Source: Pseudomonadota bacterium
GTDB taxonomy: Bacteria > Myxococcota_A > UBA796 > SXON01
Direction of reading: 5' to 3'
Assembly: GCA_005778355.1 (NCBI GenBank)
Contig: SXON01000240.1
Coordinates: forward strand, 8,938-72,937
Length of the DNA: 64,000 bases
Positions 47,470-57,433 of the stretch are shown here, piece by piece. Every line of letters starts with the position of its first letter. The stretch's first letter is position 1. Below the pieces are notes generated by a model. It did not search any database. It saw nothing but the letters and a program-made list of their open reading frames with translations, and was not told the DNA's origin. The translations under genes were made by a program, and so were the position numbers.

Positions 47470-49952
47470 CCCGACTCCTTCCCCTTCTCCCGCTGGCGCT
47501 CGCGCTCGCGGCGGCGGTAGTTCCGGCCGGAAACACCCCCTGGCCGGCCCCGCGCGACCAAAGCCACTGGTTGCGCGCCGGCGAACGACGAGCGCCGCCG
47601 GTGGCCCTGCCCACCGAAGTGGTGCAGGACTTGCGATCCAAGAAAGCGCGATCCAAGGCTCGCAAGGCGTGGATCGAGGCGCGTCACCGGGCGCCCCCGG
47701 GCGTCAATTGGCGCGAGGTGGAGCGTGACAACGGGCTCGCCCAGCTCCGCAAGCGCAACGAACTGCGGGCACCACCTCCCGACGCCGCAGGCGGCGCGCC
47801 GGGCGATGGCGACGCGTGGACCGAGCGCGGCAGCCAGAACCAGGCCGGTCGCATGTTCGTGGCGGCCACGAGCGGCGCCGACCTGTACGCAGGGAGCGCC
47901 CTCGGCGGCCTGTGGCGCTCGCGCGACGGCGCATGGGCACCGCTCTCCGACGACGTGTACGGCGGCGTCAATCATCTCGCGGTGATGGAGGGCGCCCCGC
48001 CGACGCTGATCGTCGGCTCCAACTCCGGCGTGCTCGCCCGCAGCACCGACGAGGGGGCCACCTGGGCCGAGCCGACCGGCCTCGAAACCGCGTCGTCCCA
48101 GCGTCACCTCGTTCGGCTGACAGACGGGAGCAACGCCCTCTTCCTCGTCCGCGGCAGCGGGCGGAGCTACGGGCTCTGGCGCAGTACCGACCAGGGCGCG
48201 AACTGGTCCTTGGTGTACGGGCCGGTCGAGCACGCCATCGACATCTGGGCCCCGCGCACGGGCGACGGCACCCTCTACATGGCCGCCGAGGCGAGCCTCC
48301 ACGCGTCGACCAACCTCGGCGATACCTGGGAAACACGGGGCGCCTACGCCGAGAACAGCGACCGGACCGAGCTCACCGGCAGCGAAGCCTGGGTGGCCAC
48401 CAGCGGGTATCCCCGCTTCTACGTGGTCGACGACGAGAAAGACCTGCGCCGCAGCGACGACGGCGGGGCCACCTGGACCGAAGTGGCCAACCCCACCGAC
48501 TACTGGGGCGTGCTCACCGCGAGCATCGTCGACCCGGAGCTCGTGGTCTACGGCGGCATGGAGGTGTGGGTGAGTCGCGACGGCGGCGACACCGCGGAGA
48601 AGGTCAACGACTGGTCCGACTACTATGGCGACCCCGCGAACAAGCTGCACGCCGACCTCATGGGGCTCGTTGTCGAAGCCCGGGACGACGGCGAGGCGTG
48701 GCTCGTGGGCACCGACGGCGGGCTCTACCTGTCGACCGACGGCCTCGCGACGGTGCAGAACCAGTCCCTCGAGGGGCTGCGTGTGTCACAATACTACGGC
48801 GTGCTCACGTCCACCGCCGACACGTCCCACGTGGCCGCCGGCGCGCAAGACCAGGGCTACCAGGTGACGCAGGGTCAAGTGCCGAGCGATCACCTCTACA
48901 ATTTCGACCAGGTGATCTCTGGCGACTACGCCCAGCTCACCAGCACCGGTCGCACGCACGAGATCGTCTACTCGGTATACCCGGGCTTCTTCATGATCCA
49001 GGTTGGCGAAGAGAGCCCCCAACTCACCTACACCAACTTCCCCGGCGACGCCGAGGCCTACGCGTGGTTGCCCACGCTCATGGCCGACCCCGACGACCCC
49101 GAGGTCTGCTACTTCGGCGGGGATCGGCTGTGGGCTTACCTTCGTGACAGTCGCTGGGTGTGGACCCCGGCGCTCGCCACCGACCAGGAGTTCGCCGCCA
49201 GCCGCGGCGAGTTCATCGCCGGGCTCGCCTTCGCGCCGAGCGACCACGACCGCTTCTACGCCGTCACCAGCGAGGGACGTTTCTTCACCTCCAGCGACCA
49301 CGGCCTCACCTGGGCCTTGTCCGCCGACGAGGCGCCCTTCGGTAACTGGTACAGCGGCACCGCCGTGGTCGTCGACCCCTTCGACGCGAACGTCGTCTAC
49401 GTGGGCGGCAGCGGCTATGGCGGCTCGGCGGTCTTCCGTTCCACGGACGGAGGTGTCAGCTTCGAGGGCTGGGGCGAGGGCCTCCCCGACACGCTGGTGT
49501 ACTCGATGGCGGTCGACCCGGGCACCGGCGTGGTGTACGCCGGCACCGAGACCGCCGCCTACCGTCGCGACCCCACCGGAAGCTGGATCGACATCACCGG
49601 GGGCGACGCGCCGGTGACGATCTACTGGTCTGCCGAGGTGGTACCGGGGGAGGGCGTGGCCCGCTTCGCCACCTACGGCCGGGGGATCTGGGACTACGAC
49701 TTCGACGCCAACGACGACGGCTGCGTGGACGGGCTGGTCATCGACGACCCCTGTGGCGACGGGGTCGATGCCGATTGCGACGGCAACGACGAGTGCCCCG
49801 ATACCGGAAGCCCGGCCGACACCGCGGGGGACATCGAGGCCGAGCCGGTGACCGGCGAGTACAGCGGCGGCGGATGCGCCTGCGACAGCGGTGCCGTCGG
49901 CTGGGCACCGGCCGCGATCCTGGCGCTCTTGCCGCTGCGACGCAGGCGCTGA
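47466..49952 (+). CDS. BNR/Asp-box (sortilin/Ycf48-like) beta-propeller protein with MYXO-CTERM-type sorting tail
   Basis: Has a signal peptide (LLPLLPLALALAAA). About nine S/T-x-D-x-G-x-T/S-W boxes are present, including STDEGATW, STDQGANW, SDDGGATW, SSDHGLTW and STDGGVSF. The tail is GGGCACDSGAVGWAPAAILALLPLRRRR. Confidence 0.75.
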   Translation: MTRLLPLLPLALALAAAVVPAGNTPWPAPRDQSHWLRAGERRAPPVALPTEVVQDLRSKKARSKARKAWIEARHRAPPGVNWREVERDNGLAQLRKRNELRAPPPDAAGGAPGDGDAWTERGSQNQAGRMFVAATSGADLYAGSALGGLWRSRDGAWAPLSDDVYGGVNHLAVMEGAPPTLIVGSNSGVLARSTDEGATWAEPTGLETASSQRHLVRLTDGSNALFLVRGSGRSYGLWRSTDQGANWSLVYGPVEHAIDIWAPRTGDGTLYMAAEASLHASTNLGDTWETRGAYAENSDRTELTGSEAWVATSGYPRFYVVDDEKDLRRSDDGGATWTEVANPTDYWGVLTASIVDPELVVYGGMEVWVSRDGGDTAEKVNDWSDYYGDPANKLHADLMGLVVEARDDGEAWLVGTDGGLYLSTDGLATVQNQSLEGLRVSQYYGVLTSTADTSHVAAGAQDQGYQVTQGQVPSDHLYNFDQVISGDYAQLTSTGRTHEIVYSVYPGFFMIQVGEESPQLTYTNFPGDAEAYAWLPTLMADPDDPEVCYFGGDRLWAYLRDSRWVWTPALATDQEFAASRGEFIAGLAFAPSDHDRFYAVTSEGRFFTSSDHGLTWALSADEAPFGNWYSGTAVVVDPFDANVVYVGGSGYGGSAVFRSTDGGVSFEGWGEGLPDTLVYSMAVDPGTGVVYAGTETAAYRRDPTGSWIDITGGDAPVTIYWSAEVVPGEGVARFATYGRGIWDYDFDANDDGCVDGLVIDDPCGDGVDADCDGNDECPDTGSPADTAGDIEAEPVTGEYSGGGCACDSGAVGWAPAAILALLPLRRRR

Positions 49953-49954
49953 GG

Positions 49955-50995
49955 ATGTCGCGAGGCGAGTGGCTGGTGGACCGTCGCCTTGGCGAGTGGG
50001 TGGTCGAGGCCTTTCTCGCGGAGGGGGGCATGGCGAGCGTGTGGCGCGTTCGGAACGCCCGCGATGGTACGCTCGGGGCGCTGAAAGTCCCCTTCAGTCG
50101 CGACCCCGACCTCGTGGCGCGGGCGGCTCGCGAAGGGCGTATCCAGACCTCCATCCGGCACCCCAACGTGGTCGGTTGCCTCGACCTCGTCGACGTGGAC
50201 GGTCGACCCGGCGTGGTGCTGGAGCTGGTGGAAGGCGGAGAGACGCTCGACACCCGCTTGCACGCCGGTCCCCTCCCCGCTGAGGAAGCTGAGCGCATCT
50301 TCCTCGGCGTGCTCGACGGGATGGAAGAGGCGCACGCCCGAGGGTTCATTCACCGCGACATCAAACCGGCCAACGTGTTGCTCGGCGAGGGCGGCGTGCC
50401 GCGGCTGGCCGACTTCGGCCTCGGTCGCCCCGAGCACGAGCCGGCCGCCGAGAAGCTCACGCGCCAGGGCTACATCCTCGGCAGCGCCGCCTACATGGCG
50501 CCCGAGCAGGCCCGCGACGCCGGGAGTGTCGATGCCCGCGCCGACCTGTGGTCGCTCGGTTGCCTGCTCTACGAGCTCTTGTCGGGCGTGCCGGCCTTCC
50601 CGGGCGAGCGCGTGGAGGATGTGCTCGTGGCGGTGTCGCAGGGTCGCTACCGGCCGCTCGACGCCGTGCTACCCGGGGTGGACGGGCGCTTCATCGTGGC
50701 GGTGGACGCCTGCCTCGCCGTCGACCCGCGCGCGCGGGTGGGCGACGTGGCCACCTTGCGGCGCATCCTGTCGCGACAAGAACGCTGGGTGAGCGGCGGG
50801 GGACGGACGAAGCTCCCCGCGGGGATCGCGAGCCGCGAGGAGGCCGCCGCCGACCGCGCCCGCCGGGCATCGACCCCCTCGAACGCCACCTTCGTTCGCG
50901 AGCCCTCGCGCACCGAGAACGGACTCTGGGTCGTGGCCCCGGTGGTCGGCGGGGTCCTGCTGCTCGCGGCGGCGGCCTGGATCGCCCTGCGCTAG
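49955..50995 (+). CDS. Ser/Thr protein kinase with C-terminal membrane anchor
   Basis: Contains ALKV, HRDIKPANVLL, DFGL and APE. A C-terminal TM segment VVAPVVGGVLLLAAAAWIAL is present. Confidence 0.85.
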   Translation: MSRGEWLVDRRLGEWVVEAFLAEGGMASVWRVRNARDGTLGALKVPFSRDPDLVARAAREGRIQTSIRHPNVVGCLDLVDVDGRPGVVLELVEGGETLDTRLHAGPLPAEEAERIFLGVLDGMEEAHARGFIHRDIKPANVLLGEGGVPRLADFGLGRPEHEPAAEKLTRQGYILGSAAYMAPEQARDAGSVDARADLWSLGCLLYELLSGVPAFPGERVEDVLVAVSQGRYRPLDAVLPGVDGRFIVAVDACLAVDPRARVGDVATLRRILSRQERWVSGGGRTKLPAGIASREEAAADRARRASTPSNATFVREPSRTENGLWVVAPVVGGVLLLAAAAWIALR

Positions 50996-51018
50996 CGTCG
51001 CGGGGATAGGCCGAGCCG

Positions 51019-51717
51019 ATGGCACGGACCTTCCTGGTGTGGGTGTCGGGGCTCGTGCTCGGCGCGGTGGTGGGGCTCTGGCAACCTCGTGGCGAGCTGC
51101 TCGCGATGCGGGAGCGACTGGCCGAGAACGACCGCGAGGTGGCCGGGCTCCGTCGTAAGGCGGGGGCCGCCAGCGTGGCCGGCTTCTTCCAGGCAGGGCG
51201 TGGATCGGCGCCCGATCCGGTCGATGAACCCCTTGCCCCCAGCACCGGCCTGCCCCCACCCGACGCAGCAGCGAACCCGCCGGAGGCGGCGACCACGGCA
51301 GCCCCCGCGGAAGACGACGACTTCGCCCTTGGAAACCCCGAGGGGATCGAGGCCGCCGCCGAGGCGCTCGACGCGCGCGCCGCCCACGCCCGGGCGGGCC
51401 TCCTGGAGCAAGGGAGCCTCGATGACGAGCAGCTGGCGGCCTTCGACGAGGCCATCGACCGGATGAACCAGCGCCTGCAGGGCCAGGTCGATGCGCTCGC
51501 GACGCAGATGGCCCAGGGCGGCGAGCCGAGCCGTCGCGACCTCATGGAACTGGGGGCGGAGGGTCTCGACGCGATGATCGAGGCCGACGACGCGATCAGT
51601 TCGATCCTGTCCGCCGAGCAACGCGAGGAGGTCGACGAGGAGCTGCTCGATCCCTTCTCTCACGTCGATGGCACCACGCTCGCGGGCCTGGCCGAGCTCG
51701 AGATGGACGCCCGGTGA
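51019..51717 (+). CDS. Hypothetical membrane-anchored helical protein
   Basis: An N-terminal TM segment is followed by an acidic helical region. Confidence 0.4.
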   Translation: MARTFLVWVSGLVLGAVVGLWQPRGELLAMRERLAENDREVAGLRRKAGAASVAGFFQAGRGSAPDPVDEPLAPSTGLPPPDAAANPPEAATTAAPAEDDDFALGNPEGIEAAAEALDARAAHARAGLLEQGSLDDEQLAAFDEAIDRMNQRLQGQVDALATQMAQGGEPSRRDLMELGAEGLDAMIEADDAISSILSAEQREEVDEELLDPFSHVDGTTLAGLAELEMDAR

Positions 51718-52622
51718 CCACGCTCCTGCGCGACGTGCTCGTGGTGGCCGCCTACGAGCTATCGAGTGCGCTGCGGTCGCGACTGCTCCAGCTCGTGCTC
51801 GCCGGCTACGCGGCCGCCATGTTCCTCGGCGACTGGGCCTTCGTGGAGACCCTCCAGGTCGCGGAGACGCAGGTGGCGGCGCAGCTTGGCCTTCCGGGCA
51901 CCGAGCGTCCAGGCACGCTGCTCGCGCACGTGACCGAGAGCGCGGTGGTTCGAGACGTGCTCGCCGAGGCGGTGGGGTCCGATGTGGGCCTGTCGCGACT
52001 CCTCGAATGGCCGCTGCTCGGCCTCTGGTGCGGTGTCGTCTCGATGGCGGCCTTGCCGGTCGTGCTGCTCGCAGGCTCGGCCGGGTCGCTGGCGCAGGAG
52101 GTGCAGTCGCGGAGCGCCCGCTACCTGGTCTTGCGCACCGAGCGCCTGGCGATCGTGCTCGGGAAGCTCGGCGGTCAGGCGGTGCTCGGGTTCGCGGCGG
52201 CCGCGCTCGGCGCGTTGGTCACCGTCGTCGTGAGCCAGGTGCTCATGGTGGCCCAGGATCCGCTGGGGATAGGCGTGGCGGCGCTGGCCTTCTCGCTGAG
52301 GGGCCTCGCCTACGCCTTGCCGCTCGGTGCCCTCGGCCTCGCCGTGTCGCAGTGGGTGCCGAGCCTCAACGGCGCACGGGCCGTGGCCCTCTTGGCGTGG
52401 ATCGCCTGCGCCGTGGCCGGCGCATGGATCGAGCACGCGGGGCCCGGCGGCATGGCTGGACGATGCCTCGACCTCGTCGCGTGGTTCTTGCCCACCACCG
52501 GCTGGGGCGACCTGTGGTCGGCCGACGCCTCGGTGCTGGGCCTCGCCCTGGCCCATGCGGTGATCGTCAGCCTGGCCTGGCTGGCGCTCGGCCTCTTACG
52601 CTTCTCCGGTCGCGACCTGTGA
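51714..52622 (+). CDS. ABC-2-type transporter permease
   Basis: Has 6 or more hydrophobic spans and lies directly upstream of, and overlapping, the ABC ATPase gene. Confidence 0.55.
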   Translation: MTTLLRDVLVVAAYELSSALRSRLLQLVLAGYAAAMFLGDWAFVETLQVAETQVAAQLGLPGTERPGTLLAHVTESAVVRDVLAEAVGSDVGLSRLLEWPLLGLWCGVVSMAALPVVLLAGSAGSLAQEVQSRSARYLVLRTERLAIVLGKLGGQAVLGFAAAALGALVTVVVSQVLMVAQDPLGIGVAALAFSLRGLAYALPLGALGLAVSQWVPSLNGARAVALLAWIACAVAGAWIEHAGPGGMAGRCLDLVAWFLPTTGWGDLWSADASVLGLALAHAVIVSLAWLALGLLRFSGRDL

Positions 52623-53536
52623 CGCCCGCCCGCGTGCTCACGGGCGCGGCCCCCGCGCTGCGCGTGGAGGGGGTGAGCAAACGGTTCGGCAAACATCGCG
52701 CGCTCGACGGGCTCGGCTTCGCGGTGCCGACAGGGAGCCTCTGCGGGCTCGTGGGCGAGAACGGCGCGGGGAAGACCACCTGCCTCTCCATAGTGGCCGG
52801 CTTTTTGCATGCCGACGCAGGCACCGTCGATCTGCTCGGCCTGGGGCCCTTCACCGTGGCGAAGCACCGGGGGCGCGTGGGCGTGCTCCCGCAAGATGCG
52901 GAGCTTCCCGAGGCCCACACGCCCAGCTCCTTGCTCGGCACCTGGGCGCGGTTGCAGGGCCTCGGCGCCGAGCAGAGTCGCCTCGCGGTGGCCGCCGCGC
53001 TCGCCGACGTGCAGCTCGAGGCGCAGGCCCACACCCGCGTGAAGGCGCTCTCGCACGGCATGCGACGCCGGCTCGCCGTCGCCTCGGCGCTGCTCGGCTG
53101 GCCGGAGCTGGTGCTGCTCGACGAGCCCACCGCCGGTCTCGACCCCTCGCAGGCACGTCACCTCAGGCAAGTGCTTGCCGCAGAGCGCGGGCGTCGCACG
53201 GTGCTCGTGTCGTCCCACAACCTCGCCGAGCTCGAGTCACTGTGCGACCACGTGATCGTCATCGAGCGAGGCCGTTGCGTGCTCGACGAGGGCATGGACA
53301 CCGTCACCGGTCGCGACCGCGAGGCCACGATCATCCTGGACGAGCCGGTGCCGGAAGGACTCGTCGCGGTCACACGGGTGCGCGCCAGCGACGACCCTGG
53401 GGGCAACCTCGCCGCCGCCACCACGCGCGCGCTGGCCGGCCTCATCGCGCAGGGCGCGCGGGTGCGCGAGGTTCGCCGTGGCGACGCGCTGGAGGCCCGG
53501 TACTTCGCGGAGAACGCGCCCTCGCGCCCGGGGTGA
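52619..53536 (+). CDS. ABC transporter ATP-binding protein
   Basis: Walker A is GENGAGKTT, the signature is LSHGMRRRL and Walker B is LVLLDEP. The GTG start overlaps the permease stop. Confidence 0.85.
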   Translation: MTPARVLTGAAPALRVEGVSKRFGKHRALDGLGFAVPTGSLCGLVGENGAGKTTCLSIVAGFLHADAGTVDLLGLGPFTVAKHRGRVGVLPQDAELPEAHTPSSLLGTWARLQGLGAEQSRLAVAAALADVQLEAQAHTRVKALSHGMRRRLAVASALLGWPELVLLDEPTAGLDPSQARHLRQVLAAERGRRTVLVSSHNLAELESLCDHVIVIERGRCVLDEGMDTVTGRDREATIILDEPVPEGLVAVTRVRASDDPGGNLAAATTRALAGLIAQGARVREVRRGDALEARYFAENAPSRPG

Positions 53537-53819
53537 GGATGCGGCATCTGGCACGACGCCCTCGCCCGGCATACACTCCCGACGGGCGCGTTTGCGTCCC
53601 CCTCTTTCCACCCTCAACCACCACACGGGTCGCCGTCGATCGGCCGCCGCGGGTGCCGCCCTCCGGGCTCGGCGCCGCGGCCACCCGCGGAACCAACTCG
53701 GTGCTTTCCCACCCGCCTCCGCCCTCCCGAAGCCTCCAAGCGCACGACGCGCCGGGCTGGGATGGCGTGGTGCTCGTTGTTTCGCAGCCTTTCGGCCGGG
53801 CGCTCCAAGGGAGCCTACC

Positions 53820-55364
53820 TTGCCTAGCGAGATCCTCGTCAATGTCACCGGCCGCGAAACCCGCGTCGCCCTCATGGAGAACAACCAGCTCGTAGAGCTG
53901 CACGTCGACCGGGGCGTCGACCGGGGCTACGTCGGCAACGTCTACCTCGGCCGTGTCGTTCGCGTCTTACCGGGCATGCAGGCGGCTTTCGTCGACATCG
54001 GCCTCGACCGCGCCGCCTTCCTCTACGTGGGCGACATCTGGCCCCAGATGTTCGACCACAAGCACGACGAGGAGGCGGAGCCCGCCGAACCGAACGCCGA
54101 CGAAGACGCGACGGTGGTCGAAGAAGCCGCCCCCCGGGAGCACCCCCGCCCCGGCCAGCCCTCGATCTCCGACCTCATCAAGGAGGGCGAGGAGATCGTC
54201 GTCCAGGTGGCGAAGGACCCCATCGGCACCAAGGGCGCGCGCGTCACCACGCACGTCACCTTGCCCGGCCGGTACATGGTTTTCATGCCGACGGTCGACC
54301 ACGTCGGCATCAGCCGTCGCATCGCCAAGGACAAGGAACGCCGTCGCCTGCGCGAGTTTGTCGACAAGAACCGTCCTCGCGGGGCCGGCTTCATCGTGCG
54401 CTCGGCCTGCGCGATGCAGACCAACCAGACCTTGAAGCAAGACATGGGCTTCCTGATCAGCACATGGGAGAAGGTCCAGGCGGCCGCGAAGTCGAAGAAG
54501 GCGCCCGCCCCCTTGCACCTCGACCATGGCCTCGTGCTGCGCATGGTGCGCGACGCCTTCCACGAGGAGGTGGAGCGCATGGTGGTCGACAGCCCGAAGC
54601 TCCACGAGGAGGTGCTCGCCTTCCTCGACGAGTTCGCGCCCGAGCTGAAGGACAAGGTGCACCTCTACCGGGGCAACGAGCCCATCTTCGATACCTTCGG
54701 GGTGGAAACGGAGATCTCGCGGTCTCTCGGTCGCAAGGTGTGGCTGAAGAGCGGCGGCTACCTCGTGATCGACCAGACCGAGGCGTTGATGAGCATCGAC
54801 GTCAACTCGGGCAAGTACGTGGGCCAGAGCGCGTCGCTCGAAGAAACAACGCTCAAGGTGAATCTCGAGGCGGTGAAGGAGGTGGTGTACCAGCTCCGGC
54901 TCCGCAACATCGGCGGCATCATCATCAGCGACTTCATCGACATGGACCGCGAGCAGAACCGCGAGAAGGTGTACCGGGCCATCGAGGAGGAGCTCAAGAA
55001 AGACCGAGCGCGCACCAACGTGCTGAAGATCAGCGACCTCGGCCTCGTGCAGATGACCCGCAAGCGCGTCCAGGAAGACGTCGTGCGCTACCTCAGCGAG
55101 TCCTGTCCGGTGTGCGACGGTCGGGGCAGCATCCGGTCGCGGCAGACACTCTGCTACGACATCTTCCGCGAGTTGCAGCGCGAGTCCGTCCGGGCCGTGG
55201 CGAAGGAAACCCTCTTCGTCAACGCCCACCCGTCCGTGGCCGACATGCTCTACGGCGAGGAGTACACGGTGCTCGAGCAGGTGGAGGCGCGGCTAGGGAA
55301 GCGCGTGGTGGTGCGCGCGTTGCAGCACATGCATCCCGAGAAGTATGAGGTTTATGCGAGGTAG
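53820..55364 (+). CDS. rng: Ribonuclease G (RNase E/G family)
   Basis: The TTG start lies 6 nt after AAGGGAG. The S1 domain has GNVYLGRVVRVLPGMQAAFVDIG. Also contains SIDVNSGK and GGIIISDFIDM. 514 aa fits RNase G rather than RNase E. Confidence 0.8.
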   Translation: MPSEILVNVTGRETRVALMENNQLVELHVDRGVDRGYVGNVYLGRVVRVLPGMQAAFVDIGLDRAAFLYVGDIWPQMFDHKHDEEAEPAEPNADEDATVVEEAAPREHPRPGQPSISDLIKEGEEIVVQVAKDPIGTKGARVTTHVTLPGRYMVFMPTVDHVGISRRIAKDKERRRLREFVDKNRPRGAGFIVRSACAMQTNQTLKQDMGFLISTWEKVQAAAKSKKAPAPLHLDHGLVLRMVRDAFHEEVERMVVDSPKLHEEVLAFLDEFAPELKDKVHLYRGNEPIFDTFGVETEISRSLGRKVWLKSGGYLVIDQTEALMSIDVNSGKYVGQSASLEETTLKVNLEAVKEVVYQLRLRNIGGIIISDFIDMDREQNREKVYRAIEEELKKDRARTNVLKISDLGLVQMTRKRVQEDVVRYLSESCPVCDGRGSIRSRQTLCYDIFRELQRESVRAVAKETLFVNAHPSVADMLYGEEYTVLEQVEARLGKRVVVRALQHMHPEKYEVYAR

Positions 55365-55367
55365 GGG

Positions 55368-56204
55368 TTAGCGGGGGCCGTAGATGTACTTCGCGGCGAT
55401 GTACTCGTCATAGGCGGGGTCCATGGGGGCATCCCCCAACCCAGGCCAGATGCCCATGACGTAGCCGGGAAAGATGTTGGTGTCCCCCAGACCCACCACG
55501 TGGCCAAACTCGTGTACCAGGATCGCTTCAAGGCTCAATTTGTCGGCGGCAACGTTCGTCCGGTGCGTCGTGTAGCGGAGGGGGCCTCCGTCATTCTCGG
55601 CGAAAACGGTGATGGTGCACTCCAACGAGTGACAGGGATTGTCCGACCGCGGTGAACAGTAGGCCGAAGCTTGTCCGTAGGGCGCTTCGGGGAGCACCGC
55701 GCTCCCGAGGACGTCAGTCACGCCGTCACGAGTGTCGGCGCCAGTTTCCGCCGCACCAGTCGTCGACACGGTGATCGAGAACTCCAATCCATCCTGCATC
55801 GTCAACCAGCGATCTGCCGCATCACGCATCGTCGCACCAATCCCCCGCCCGCCAAAGAACGCGAAGCGATTGCTCGTCACGCTCCCGAGGACGCTGGTAT
55901 ACACAAGCACGGAGTTGGAGTCGCCACGGCAAAAGTGGGGGTAGATGATCTCCTGCCCCTCTGGGTACCCAGGCAGCGCAGAGTACGGCGCAGTGAGCGA
56001 GTACATGCACATCCGGTTCGTCTCTAGCTCCTCGCAGTATTCCGTCGTCGGGCTGGGGACGTCACTGCCGCCGTCGCCGTCGCTTCCAGCGCCACCGTCC
56101 TTTTCGGTACGGGAGTCGATGGGACCGAAGCCGTCGCACCCCCACGCGAACCCCAGCCCGAGCCAGAGCACCCGCCATCCTCCGCTACTGCGCCGGGGGG
56201 TCAT
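55368..56204 (-). CDS. Metzincin-like zinc metalloprotease lipoprotein
   Basis: Signal LGLGFAWG|C. The motif HEFGHVVGLGD is HExxHxxGxxD, with Asp at the third-ligand position as in snapalysin-type enzymes. Confidence 0.6.
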   Translation of the reverse strand: MTPRRSSGGWRVLWLGLGFAWGCDGFGPIDSRTEKDGGAGSDGDGGSDVPSPTTEYCEELETNRMCMYSLTAPYSALPGYPEGQEIIYPHFCRGDSNSVLVYTSVLGSVTSNRFAFFGGRGIGATMRDAADRWLTMQDGLEFSITVSTTGAAETGADTRDGVTDVLGSAVLPEAPYGQASAYCSPRSDNPCHSLECTITVFAENDGGPLRYTTHRTNVAADKLSLEAILVHEFGHVVGLGDTNIFPGYVMGIWPGLGDAPMDPAYDEYIAAKYIYGPR

Positions 56205-56745
56205 AGTGCGTGCACCACGCCAACGCCCACGCGGGGATTAGCGGTAGGAGTGGTTCCGTCGGCCTCAGGTTCGGCGGCGATTGCGCGCCGCCCTCGCAGT
56301 GTTCACGCCAGACCTCGCGGAGCGCAGTATCCGGGGGCAGCAGGCCAGCGTCGGGCAATTCGTAGGAGAAGCCGAGCGCAAGGCGCTCAGCGTCGGCAAG
56401 TCCCAGCGAGTTTCGCCGCTCGGTGACCACCAGAAGGTAGCGCCGCCCCTCAATCAGGTGGGGGTCGAAAGAGTCAAATCCCACCGCACCCGGCAACGCG
56501 CTGGCAGTTACCCGCAATGTGAGCGTTGGCGGAGGGGCGCCGTGCACAATCGCCTCGGTCTGAAACACGACGTCCCGTAGGTATCTGGACGCCAGACGCC
56601 CCTGGCTGTTTCGAAACGCATCACCGACGTCGACCGACCTCGCAACCAGCACCCACTCTGCCGTGCGGCAGACGACATCCTCAGAGACAGCGAAGCGGCT
56701 TGCTGACGCTGGGAGAGCGAGTAGGGAAAGCGGCCAGAGCATCAC
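56185..56745 (-). CDS. Hypothetical secreted protein
   Basis: Signal MMLWPLSLLALPASA. It overlaps the downstream protease gene by 20 nt. Confidence 0.45.
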   Translation of the reverse strand: MMLWPLSLLALPASASRFAVSEDVVCRTAEWVLVARSVDVGDAFRNSQGRLASRYLRDVVFQTEAIVHGAPPPTLTLRVTASALPGAVGFDSFDPHLIEGRRYLLVVTERRNSLGLADAERLALGFSYELPDAGLLPPDTALREVWREHCEGGAQSPPNLRPTEPLLPLIPAWALAWCTHYDPPAQ

Positions 56746-56804
56746 GATGCGATCACGGGAGAACGGTTCGCCCGCGACACCCCGGCACCGACCACGGCGG
56801 ACAC

Positions 56805-57290
56805 CTACTTCTCCTTCGGATCAACAAGCAACGCCCCGTTGCAAACCTCGACCCGGGTGCCGCTGTTGTTCGCCACCTCGAGGCCGAACTGCACCCAGGG
56901 CTTCGGCGTGCCGAGCGCGGTGATGTCGATGTAGTTGGAACCGTAGTCGATGCCGGTCGTGGTCCGGTACGTCGCGACGATGGCCGAGGCCGCGCCCCAG
57001 CCGATGCCGTCGTCGGACCAGCGCAGCGCGGGACGCAACTTGCAGTTGCCCGAGGTCTCGGCCAGCTCGGTCGACACGCGCACGTTGATGATCCCCGCGC
57101 TCGACATCGGCTCGCTCAACGGGTGGAAGATGGGGCTCGCAGAGCCGTCTGAGAAAACCGTGCGCTGACCGAAGAGCCACGAGCCGGGCGTGCGACGAAT
57201 CGTCGCCTCGGCGGTGAAGGAGAGCAGCAGCAGGCACACCGGCAGCACCCGCGCCCAGAAGAGGCGTTTCACGTCCATTTCGTACCTCAC
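56805..57290 (-). CDS. Hypothetical secreted beta-rich protein
   Basis: Has a signal peptide (VLPVCLLLLSFTAEA). 161 aa, no recognised domain. Confidence 0.45.
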   Translation of the reverse strand: MRYEMDVKRLFWARVLPVCLLLLSFTAEATIRRTPGSWLFGQRTVFSDGSASPIFHPLSEPMSSAGIINVRVSTELAETSGNCKLRPALRWSDDGIGWGAASAIVATYRTTTGIDYGSNYIDITALGTPKPWVQFGLEVANNSGTRVEVCNGALLVDPKEK

Positions 57291-57310
57291 GAGCGAAGGC
57301 TACCGCAATC

Positions 57311-57334
57311 GCGAGCGCGAGCGCGAGCGCGAGC
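57311..57334. repeat. Hexanucleotide microsatellite (gcgagc)4 in a divergent promoter region
   Basis: Read directly. It is followed by an AT-rich patch containing AGATT-GT-AATCT (57344-57355). Confidence 0.85.
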
Positions 57335-57433
57335 ATTCTCGCTAGATTGTAATCTGATTCACATCAAGCGTCGACACAGCCGCGCACCACACCCTTGCCC
57401 CCCTGCACCACTCGGTCGCGATAGCGGCCGGCC

